A stretch of DNA of 64,000 nucleotides, taken from positions 416,422 to 480,421 of the forward strand of contig JAQGDQ010002376.1 in NCBI GenBank assembly GCA_030141605.1, in the 5' to 3' direction. The position numbers and the translations under genes were made by a program. The notes under the pieces were generated by a model. The model saw only the letters and a list, made by a program, of their open reading frames with translations. It was not told the origin of the DNA and searched no databases. Positions 27,801-38,800 of this stretch are shown piece by piece (positions within the stretch are counted from its first letter, which is position 1; every line of letters starts with the position of its first letter). This DNA is from Tubiluchus corallicola (taxonomy: Eukaryota > Animalia > Priapulida).

Positions 27801-29246
27801 TGTTTGCAGGTGGGAGTTCATCACAGACGAAAATGACATTGGCTTTGGCTTGTACCTGAAAACGGATGGCACTCCCATTGAAAAACTCAAACCGTCTGAT
27901 TTAACGAATGTGCGAAGCTTGCAGCGGTGTAACTGCCATCTAGTGCCAGAGACAGGAAGTTTCATTGCAGAAGTTCCAGGCATATGTAAGTATATGATTA
28001 TGCATTTGTGCAGCCCATCTTAGTTTTTTTAGCAAACACTATTGTTAGCCAGTTTCTGGATGAGTTAGTGCTTGTCACATAGTTCTTCTAGTTAGTTGAA
28101 AAGCATCTTTAATGTTATTTATAGAACAGAAGAACAGAGGACAGAGATGCTTATCTATGCAGTGACAAGTAGGAGTGAGCATCGAATGTTCGAGTTTGAA
28201 CATTCAAATCAAATTCGAACGAGTTTTTTTAGTTTGAATTCGATTCGAATGTAAAACTATAGATTCCAATATTCAGCACTTCAATCACATACATTCTTTA
28301 TCATTAAAGTGATTGAAACATCATGCAATTAGCATAATTCAGCTGTGATTTCTGTGCACAATTTTAAACAAATTATTAGTGTTTTTTCAAATTCGATTCT
28401 ATAGATTCGAATATTCATCACTTCAATCACATACATTTTTTATCATTAAAATGATCGAAACATCATGCAATTAGCATAATTTAGCTGTGATTTCTGTGCA
28501 CAATTTCAAACAAATTATTAGTGGTTTTACTGCAGAACAAAATCGAGTAATATGTATGATCCTTGTAAGACTATTTTACTGGTGATTCGAAAACTTGTTT
28601 GAAAATCTTTCAATTTGAATTTGAATTTGAAATACTGAAGCTCGTTTCGATTCGAATTTGCTTTCTGGCAGAGAATGCTCACCCCTAATGACAAGGTCGT
28701 TCAACCCTGTAGGGGATGTTAGTAGATCTGGTATTTCAGAAAATTATTTCAATGGTAGTCTAGTCCTCGTCTGGAGCTTAGACTACAAAATGATCTAATT
28801 AAATTTCAAAGAGTAAGCTCTTTACAGACAGTAATTTAACATAAAAGTTACAAGGCATGAACAGAGTGAATTTTTTCAGACTGATTTTTTTTCATCAGTT
28901 ATTTGACAATTATGCATTAAAAATTGATATATAATTAAGCTATTTGCGCAATCGATGATTAGATTGCTCTAACTGTTGCTGTATGCGACTTTCCAGATAT
29001 GGAAGAAAGCTGTTTTTTTGTTTAAAATGCTGAAGAACAATTGGAAGCATATTGTTATAGTACTTTACAGCAAATGAATATTGCAGGTATTCTGTTTCGT
29101 GCAGCAAGCCACACTTGTAAAATTTCTTAGCGGAGTTTATTGTATTGTTTTTAGATGTCACGTTATTCGACAATTCGTACAGTTGGACAAAGAACAAAAC
29201 ACTATGGTATAAGGTTGATGTTCTTTCGCCTGATGATCGCTTGTAA
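12845..29246 (+). CDS. SEC14L2: SEC14-like lipid-binding protein (CRAL-TRIO + GOLD; SEC14L2/3/4 family), 13 exons, 394 aa
   Basis: Exons: 12845-12898, 17155-17224, 17657-17700, 18266-18328, 20627-20717, 21285-21379, 21720-21798, 22748-22828, 23754-23837, 24521-24627, 26450-26598, 27810-27985, 29155-29246. All introns are GT-AG with consistent phases, 1185 nt in total. Motifs: MSGYFGDLSPTQ, DDYYYLRWLRARDF, EDHYPETL..VVNAPKIF, FGG...DGDPKC, RWEFITDENDIGFG, HLVPETGS...PGIYVTLFDNSYSW. The symbol is family-level only. Confidence 0.93.
16600..16944 (+). mobile_element. Decayed 3' end of a LINE ORF2 (C-terminal CCHC knuckle) in SEC14L intron 1
   Basis: Frameshifted translation QLRMGYSKLNY/HLHKIGGANSSLCECGLVNSSFSEHFLSECVLYSNQRDILL matches the typical RLRxGHxxLNxHLxxIGxxxSxLCxCG..EHFLxxCxxYxxQR terminus of non-LTR elements. 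Confidence 0.7.
21888..22535. mobile_element. Non-autonomous hAT DNA transposon
   Basis: Imperfect TIRs (taagggtgggaa / tgtacaccccta), perfect 8-bp TSD gtttatta (21880-21887 and 22536-22543), subterminal ttcgaa words, and an internal minus-strand NSVWEHFEK resembling the start of a BED finger. Confidence 0.8.
22981..23575. repeat. Minisatellite, 30-bp unit, ~20 homogeneous copies, in SEC14L intron 8
   Basis: Consensus AATTAGTCTGTACCTAGACCTATTGTTCTG repeated head-to-tail. Confidence 0.96.
24323..24495. mobile_element. Decayed Tc1/mariner-pogo-type MITE; related partial copy at ~18755-18905
   Basis: Ends ta|cagtcttacctc ... gaggtttgatta|ta. The internal words gctcgcttaa/cctcgcttaa, agcaaaacaaaat, atgccaactttttt and agtcccaaat are shared with 18755-18905. 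Confidence 0.55.
24761..25046. repeat. Diverged local tandem duplication (~180-bp period)
   Basis: atcatatt.tgtactggac.gcaacg.t.tagacaaaa.tttggagta.tttttgttaactcta occurs at ~24761 and ~24942. Confidence 0.8.
25481..26304. mobile_element. Non-autonomous Tc1/mariner-superfamily DNA transposon (MITE)
   Basis: Perfect 23-bp TIR CCGTATATACTCGCATATAAGCC / GGCTTATATGCGAGTATATACGG, TA on both sides, and internal copies of tataagccgacc. Confidence 0.92.
28170..28687. mobile_element. Non-autonomous hAT DNA transposon with an internal ~140-bp tandem duplication
   Basis: TIRs taggagtgagcat / atgctcaccccta, 8-bp TSD gtgacaag / atgacaag, many subterminal ttcgaa words. The termini are of the same type as 21888-22535. 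Confidence 0.82.
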
Positions 29247-29418
29247 AGTCTGTTCATTGTCGAGTCTTCCAGACACTTTCAGGCTTCGAGTAACAGGTAT
29301 AAAGATTTGCAAAGGATATGAATTTTTGCATTAACCAAAGACCATTGCTTGTCTTTATGGCAAGTGTCACTGTGGTATGGTTGTATACATACAGGGCAGT
29401 AGCGTGACAAAGTTATTA

Positions 29419-29698
29419 CAGTAAAGTCTCAGTTAACCAGACTGATAGTCAATTATGGCAAATAACTGATTCTTGGCTAATTTGCCATAGTTATAAATCA
29501 CACTACATTTATTTGTTGCATTGTATGTAGGGTTAATTGGAAATGATGAATGTTTGAAGTATTCAGGTTTTAAGGGTCAAAAACTTCGAAAAGCAGTGCT
29601 TGACCATGTATTTAAACACAAGGTATAAAACGTGCTACAAATAAAACACGAACTCGTTCGTTTGGTTAATAAGTGTTCGAGTAATTGAGATTCTACTG
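29419..29698. mobile_element. Decayed pogo/Tigger-like MITE downstream of the SEC14L stop codon
   Basis: ta|cagtaaagtctcagtta ... taattgagattctactg|ta: imperfect TIRs with a TA TSD. Confidence 0.65.
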
Positions 29699-32600
29699 TA
29701 AGTGCAAGATGAGCGGCAAAACAATAGGTAAAACATCTTCAGTCTTTCCTTTAAGATGGAAAATGGTTGACATTATATTAGATACAATGTGCAATATAAA
29801 AGCATGATTATAGCATTATTTAAGGTTATTTTAGCAAAATAAACTTGTTTTACAACATGAGGAATTACTATACTTAATTTTTAGATGTTATATTACTTGG
29901 AGTGATAGCTTTGAGGCTTTCCAACTGCATAACTACTTGCAGATCGTTTTAAGCAATATTATTTAACTTGATGCTGATTTTGTTATATTTAATATTTTAT
30001 GTTTTAAGTGCATTTGCTTATAACTTTGTTAATTGTTAAAGTACAGTCTAAGCTTACTTGCTATTAGTTCATTGATTATGCACCCAGAAAAGTTGTGGTG
30101 TATTGATAAGGTTGGCAGTAAGACAAGATGTGAATGTAATTGCTGTTGCACAAAAGCTTTTTGTTCAACCAGTGCATATTGAATACTATGCAACAATAAT
30201 GGTAGTCAGTAATTTGTTCATATAATTTTAAATATTTACCTCACTGAGGTCATGTAATTTATTCTAGAAGCATTGTAGGTACTATAGGTGGTTACTTTGC
30301 CATTGTTAATGTTGTATTTGTTAGTCTGTAGCACACTGGTTGTAATTGTCATTAGAGATGTATTATTAGGTGTTATTTTTTAATTTTATAGTGATTTTGT
30401 TAGTCACAAAAGCCAAAGAGTTAATGCAGTTCTTGCAGCAATGCCAAATTCTTGCCCTCGTTAGTAGTCTATTTTGTGCATTTAGGTGTTTTAGTGATAC
30501 ATGTGTCCATTATGATTTATTAAGTTATAATTTGTTTGTGATTACTAATGTCTGAGTATATTGTTACGTGTTAAGGCTGAAAAGTTGTTTAAGTCATAAT
30601 TATTATAAAATTACGTTTGGCCTAGTCACCTTGCCATTATGCAGAGGTAAAACACTTTTGTTCTTTTGGTTTATGATTTCATTTAGAAGCTTTTGCTTGG
30701 TATTCCTAAATTTATTTTTGCTTAGTGATATTATACATTTTTGCAAGTTTTCTTTTTTTACTTTTGACTGTATTATGATTGCAAATGCTTAATTGGCCCT
30801 GACAATTGATGCTAGTGTTGCTATTGCACTTTATTTTCTCTATTTTTCGCAGCATTTGTAATAGCTAAAGTTTGCCAAGTATTCCATTCCATATATTGTA
30901 TGCCCAGCCAACATTTATCTCAATACTATAGCTTGAGCAATAAGTGATTGGCTGAACTTTAATTTGCACAATTAGTTGCGAGAATTTGTGAATCATTTAG
31001 TGTATTGTTTTTGTAGCCATCTGTAATTACGCTGAGAATTTTTTTTGTCGAGCATGTATAAATTGCACACATTTTCAAAAACTCTTTATTCTCTTTCAAG
31101 CTCAACTCATTTTCGATTAAACAGCAGATAAGTTACTTATGTGTGTTTGTGAACATACTAACATGGTTTTTCATTTTTTTAGTTTTAAGTATGTCATAGC
31201 CTTCAGAATTTGATGTATAATCACAATTTGACATACTAGTAATTATTCAGACTGGTTTTAAACATCATTCATGGAGCCTTTCTATAAGGTATCTTTAACA
31301 ACGAGTATGCTTAGACATATATGTAATGAATTATTACTTTTATTGGCCTCAGTTTTTCATTACTTTACATTTACTATTATTCCTAAATTCCTAGCATTCA
31401 TTTTGTTTAATTTGTGATTTGACTGTTTGGTAGGTATTATAAACTATGCTTATAATGTCTGTCATTTTCAGTATCATATTTTATTGGCATGAATGTATTA
31501 CTATGATAATTTACTGTCTGTGGACTGATGAATTAATAACAACTGTTAACATCACTAATCATACGTGAAAAAAAAAATAAATGATTTAATTTAGTTTATT
31601 GATCTAGTCATAGTCGTTTTAATACGAGTTTTTTTTGTTTAGATGTTATTAAAATTATTATGTGATTAAGTGTTAAATTATCCTAAGTTGCCTACTAATT
31701 GTATTGATGTTGTTTGTAATTAAAAGTAATAACTGTGTATAAATAGTTGGTGTTTATAATCTTGATTTTGCATTACATGTATGTTGTTAGCAATTAGAAA
31801 TTTTTCACTATGTGGCAATAATCATGAAGTCATGGATAACCTTGTCAAATTTTCATTGTTATATAATTTAGTTGTTTAGCAGGTGATGTGCAATATACAT
31901 TTTCGTGTTTCAAGTTTATTGGTGTGCAGTTTTGCATTAATTATATTGTTGATACAGTTAGAAATTCTACATTGTGGAATAGTCAGTAATTGTAGATAGT
32001 ACTGTTAGATTTTCATTATAGTAAATGCACAGAACTTTTTTTAGCAAGGGATAGTTATTGATACGTTTAAAGTTCATAGATTTGCATTTATCATGTGCTA
32101 ATGTGATGAGACTCGTTAGTTATAATTTTTAATGGTTATTCATTTCATCTGAATAATCTGTGATTGAAATATATTTGATTTGTTTGTTGGGCTATGGCCA
32201 GTTCTCGTAAATTTGTTCATAACGGGTAATCAGTGTTGTTATGTTTTATGCTTTGTTATTATTATTTGTTTTGATTTGTTGATTTGATGACCATTCCAAC
32301 ATAAAATCACAAAGATTTGTGCTTTCATTAAGATTTTACTTGTAAGCACGTTTTGGCATTCCAGAAATGAATTCACTGAACACACTAGATAAATGAGTTA
32401 TTGCAGTTTTATTTTGGCTGTTTTTTTCATTGGAAATGCATTAAAAATTAGCATTGCAATGGACAAGTAATGATTATTAGATAGTACATAAAGTGATAAT
32501 TAACTTGTAGAAAAAATATAGATATTTTAAGTATATGAAAGAAAGACTTGAAGTTGATTAGTTTGTAAGTCATTCTTAAACAGTACAATAGTTTACTGCA

Positions 32601-32878
32601 GAGATATACAATAAACAAGTATGAGTAAATAGACAACTGTCTGTAACATTTTTCAGCATGTTGATACACGTATGTACAACTACTCCATTCAGTTATTCAA
32701 TCGGCTGGAGGTATGAGGTTCAAACATATGTTAAATTATGAGGTTCAGACATACTTACAATTGAAAATATTGTTTCAGTCCACATCTTAAGCACATCTGT
32801 TGCTACTATATATCGTGTACATAGAATCATGGTGCACAGAACCTCATTTGCCACATGCTGTGAATCGGTGTGGACTAA

Positions 32879-35800
32879 TTATGTTGTTGGCTTGTTGACT
32901 TTATAGGAGAAGACAAAGCTGACTGCATTGCCAACAGCTTGCAAATGGCTGCCCTGTAATTAGTTGCAAATAATAGTAACTTATACGTATAACTTTTTTA
33001 GTGAAATTAGAAAGACTCGTAGATTACTTTCGTCGAGATAATATTAATAATTTTAATACGATTGATGCTATTATATTGCTTATGGTGAACACAGCCAGGC
33101 ATTTTATAGTAGCTAATTCTGTAAGTGGTATTTACTCTGCTTTGGCATTTAAGATCTGTTTTTATTTAATTTAAATGAGAAGTATCGTTCATTAAAATAC
33201 TGGACAGCTGAATTGGGACTTGGGAGACAAAAAGAAAAAAATGCTTAAAGTCAAATTTTGTGATCTCACCAATTTATGGTAAAGCAGTAGGGGCAGATGT
33301 TAAAGGAAAACCAGTTCTTGAATTAACAAAATTTATTGCATTTTAATATACACTGAGAAGTACTGAATTCACCGCACAATATATGCACATAAGATGCCTT
33401 GCTTAAAAATGCAAAATAATTTTTTATGTTCCGCCAAACGAACCTCGCTGAGGACAAACACAAAAAATGATGTAAGCTGGTAAGTAACAGGAAAGCACGC
33501 TTTTCATCAAATAGCAAAAAATGGTATTATTAATATCTACTATTATCGTGGGTAACTGATTTTATTATATAGTGGGCAATAAAGATTCATCAAACAGCAA
33601 AAAAATGGTATTATTAATCTCTCGTTTTATGTTTTGGACTGCTTCTAAGTAATATAACAGCAAATGCAGCTGCAAAAAAGTTTGCTGAAGCACCTGGCAG
33701 GATAGGTGTTTATACTGAACGGCAACCATATGACGTCATTTTTCATTCAAAATGAGCACCCCAAGTGTGAAATTATCATGACTTTAAATTGACTTTACTA
33801 ATTGCACCAGGCTTTAAACTGAACGGCAACCATATAACGTCATTTTTCATTCAAAATGAGCACCCCAAGTGTGAAATTATCATGACTTTAAATTGACTTT
33901 ACTAATTGCACCAGGCGCCTGTAAACTAAAGCTGAAGTTACTGCTGAAACTTTCTTAACATTTTCCCCCCAAATGTTAAAATAAGTTCAACTTCCTAAAA
34001 GTCCTGATTTTTCCTTTAATGTATCCAGCATGACGCAAACAGGGCACTTTTTTTATTTTTTCGATAAGTTTTTAACCACTGATAAATTTAATGTGTGAAG
34101 CTTAAGAACGCGTCCGCCAGAAGACCATGCAAATTCGAAAAATTCCGGCACAAGGTTAGGTAAACCGATTCAGACCAAAGTTCGGGTATGAGGTCCACTA
34201 GTCACTAGTATTCACTATGTGAATCTGCTTGGTCCAACTCCTCATAGTAGCAGAGGTACGACATAGGCCGATTTTCATGAAAAAGTGCCTATTTTTCTCT
34301 ATTTTTTTACACATATTTGAAGGATTAACCATGCAACAACCACTGAGTTTGAATAAATCTGACTCTGCACAGTATTGGGTCTTGTTATCTTCTCCAAAAT
34401 GACTTTTCGACTTTTGTCCCAAACCCCCCTCTTTCAGCTCGCATTACGCACAAGATGCAAATACTCCGTCATTTCAAAGTCTTATATCTTACCCACTGCG
34501 GGGGCGGGAACAAAAATATCGATATGTATGTGAACAGAGCATCCCATCCCACTATGTTGCAGTGACAATTTCGATGGAGCGAATTTCCACCCTATTGTAA
34601 ATGACCCTTGAAAGAGGCATGTATCAGGGTGAAAATATAGGTAACAACGTTCATCAAAAAGCTTCGTGTAGGTAACATGAGTTGTCAAATCCTGTCAAAA
34701 TACTTCAAAACGTCATAAATATTCATCTTTGGCAACTAGGGGCCTGGACAGCACATTGGTTAAACTACCGACAGGACTGGACTCTAGCATTCAAGATGGC
34801 GGCCACTGCTGGACTAAAATGTTCGTTTTCTGGGCTGTTTACCAGCGTTAAATGCGGTATTCTGACTAGTTATCCGCACAAAACGAATATTGCGAATCTG
34901 TTAGCCTGTACTAAAGACACTGGAGCGCATTTAGAGCGCTTCCATCTTCAAAAAATGAAATATCTACGGAATGGAAATTGCTTCTTGCAGGGACTGGAAA
35001 ATGTTTTATGTACTGTTTATTTTCTATGCTTTGTAAATGTTATGTACAGGTTATTGCCTAGTTATTACTCATTGTCTTACGTAGGCGTACAAGCCAGGAC
35101 ACAAAGAAAATTGCCATAAATCTGAGCGAATGCCCAAAAAGTAGGGGACAGATGGTTACCCACCTCTGGTCTCATTGACCTACAGTTATCTCATCTCTTT
35201 GTTGCAGGATGCCATTATGCAATATTGAAAGGGTCGGTTAGTTGCACAAAGTTACCCTACCTACATCTGTATATTAAGTCACTAGAGTTTCTGTGCTAAA
35301 TTAAACTTTCACTTGCACTGGCCTTTAAAAGCTTTTATCGATAAATTAACTTTTACCAAATAAAATTTACAGTAAATAATATTAATTGCTGTAAAAACAT
35401 CGTTACAATAAAACTTTAATTCTCACTTGAAGAACGCAGTTCTGTATTGGTCCTTTGTAATGCTCCCACTCCATCAGTTGATCCATAGATAAGTGTTTGG
35501 CTTTCACATTCATAGGTACCATACTGTCAATTTTGGAAGATGAAATGGCACCACATAGTTGGTCACACACGCAGTTCAGCAAGTCATGTGTAGCACAGGT
35601 TTCACTTTTCACCAGAGTAAATAAATCCTGCGAACAATTTGTCATAACATAAAGACAGATAGGAAAATCCTATTAATAAAATACCATTAGGCATTGTTGT
35701 GGCAAGAAATTTTTAATAAAAAAGGAAATAAAAATAAATTTCATCAATAATGCAAGTATTTACACATTACCTTGTGCATTACCACATTTGTTTATGGTGT

Positions 35801-38800
35801 TGATGCTGCAAACCAGCATATCGCACAAGCAGACTTGAATGTTTGTCTCTGATTTTCTTTAATAAACTTCAGTATATTAGCTCAAAAGTCATTGTAATAA
35901 TAATAGCAATTTATTTCCTTAATACTCATGGTACAGTTCAACCAATTATGAAGTTGAAGTTTCCAATTGCTGCTTAAAAACAATTATCGTGATTGACAGT
36001 TTGTTTCAAAATGCAGACTCACACGAGTTACTCATGCATTCCCTTTTTTACCAGAAATTCAACTGATCAAAATTTGCATATACAACCTTTAATTCCTCTT
36101 GAGAAAAAGTGACAGTGCTGCTGCAGCTGCTGGCATCGACTATGGCACTGCTCAAGCCTTGTTTCATTACTTGCCGCTGATAAATCTTTTCTTCTATGGT
36201 GCCCTGTATAAGACAAAATAACTAACACACCTGCAAATAAATATGTAATGCAACAGTAACATTGGTTAATACATATAGACAGCTAGGTAACAGAACCATC
36301 TCAAAACAGTATTGTAGGCCCCCAGAAAAGCAGTGTATTGGGACCCCCTACCTACACAACCATTCTGGAACAAAAATGTAAATGTCGATAAAATTAAACA
36401 TATATTTATTGTATTGGTACTTCCAGTATAGTATAGTATAGCTTAGCATAGTATTTATTTATTGACAGCAAATCACAACATTCATAGATTAGCATGGGCC
36501 CGATGCACATCGAGTCCCGGGGCAACTGCCCAGCATGCCCATGCATTAGAGATGCCTCTGCCATGCAAGGCTAATAGTACAACAGTTAAAGGTCTACATT
36601 TACTAGGAAGTGAAATGTGAAAGCAGGTTTAGAGAAAACAGAATTCCTACAATTAAGCTGTTACCGAATTGAAATATTTTATAACATATTTTCCTGAAGC
36701 AAAAGGTACAATGTAAGTACTGCCAACAAGTTGTTGGCATTTAGCAACCAACAAACAAGGATCGTGAATGCATCTTCTCAAGCGGAGCAATAAGCGGCTT
36801 CATGTAACAATAAACCTTCGTTGTACAAAAGACTGCAGATCCCAAGTCAGATGTCACTAGAATGGTTATTTGCAATCTGCCAAGTGCTTTACAGTAAAAA
36901 AGACAATGACACCATCCCAGACACGGACTCCATAAGTGGTCCAATGGTTGAACTGCGCAGATAGAGTACAGTATCAGGAATTAGGTCTTTACAAGTGAGA
37001 ACAGGCATATTCCAAGTTTTTTCACGTACTCCCAGCCACTAATGTGAGCTACTTTTCTTGTCTAAGAGTCACACCACAAGTTGAAAAAGTGCAAGGAAAA
37101 GATTGGAAGATTCATCTAGTAATACAACATCTACATTCATCAAGATTAAGATTATGACAGAGGTTCGGCAAAACGTTTGTCAGTAATACGGTCATGTATT
37201 TGAGTGGGCCGGCTGACACTTTAAATGAGATCCTGACCTCCCCAGACAATGTGATACTTGCTGAAAGACGATGTGATCAACCTGACAAGACGTTGTCCAG
37301 GACATGTGGGTCTCCCGCTATGATTCATCACAATTCAAATCAACAACTCTTATGCATATAAAAAGCTAACAGTGCATTTCTGTAACTATCTACATAGTAG
37401 ATGACAATGAGTGCAAGTTTTCTTGAACAGCTTGAACCACTTTCTGTCTGCAGAAGCAGAGAGTGGAGTCCTTTTGTTAGACATGTACAATTGTGCAGGC
37501 ATTAGTATCCACATCATTTTACATCATTCAGTCAATTATAGGCATGACATCAATACCATGGGACACTTCCAGCACCTGTGCCATAGTGGCCAGTATGCTG
37601 TGGATGCCTGTAATAAGCAGCATGCTAGGGTTCCCCGTTTGTGCATGGTTAGTATGCATTATCATAATCTATAATTACATAATAATTCATAGGTTTTTGT
37701 TACTATTTTTACTAGGTGGCATTTAGCTAGCATGGCACATTACTGGGAAAGGGGAGACCAGAAAAGAAAAGCAGCAACCGCTACCTGCCAATTTCATGTG
37801 ACGGGCAAATGATCCAAAAACTGTATCTAAACTAATTGCGTTATGGTTAGTAAATAAAACGATATTGTAGAAGAAAACACCTAAAAATGATTCAATCCAA
37901 TTCTAAGAATAAAATTGCTTTTAAAAGACAGTAATAAAATACCACTGTGAGCAGACGATATATGTGCACTGTTCTTTTCTGTCCATCTCGCCATACACGA
38001 GCCATGGCCTGCAGGTCATTGGCCGGATTCCAGTCAATGTCGTAGAGAATAAGCCTCGAAGCTCCGATCAGGTTTAATCCTTGTCCGCCAGCTTTGCAGC
38101 TTAGTAAGAATACAGCTAGAATGCGAATACAACAGAATTTAATTAATAATTTATGCAAGTCATGGATCGAACTCATCGTTGACAAAGATATCAAGCAGTT
38201 TCTTCTAGTATTAGTATTTATAAAATTTCATGTCCATAAGCTTAAATAATGATGCCAAATTTAGGTGTGTTTGAAGTGACATATACCAACAAAATTACCA
38301 CCTTTTTAGCCATTTCTAAATATGAGCAAGAATGCAAAACCAAACTACATCACGATTTCACTAACCACATAAACAACTAAAACTCTACATACTTTCTGAA
38401 GCGTTCCTGTTGTTAAACTGATCTACCAGTTCTTGCCGTCTACTGGAAGGTGTTGTCCCATCCAGTCTCAAGTAACGATAATTGCTTTTAACGCACACTT
38501 CTTGTAAAATATCTAACGTCTAAAAACATTAACCACTTGATTACAAATACATTTCAACTGCATCGATGTACAACAAATTTAGGACGAGGTTTCTCAGGAA
38601 TTTACAAAATAAACAATTTAGTGGTTGTAGTTTACAAATAGTGGTAACTTTTAACACAATTTAATTACGGTGTAACAATTAATACTCATAGTATATAGTA
38701 TAATAATAAGTGCTATTAATACAATTATGAATGCATGTTTAAACTTTATTGCATTTTCTTTATGGCATATTCAGACGTCGAGACTTCTCCCGCAACTTCT

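Noticed and set aside
28940-29257. 105-aa minus-strand ORF
   Set aside because: It is partly antisense to the last SEC14L exon. The remainder is at most a very decayed LINE remnant.
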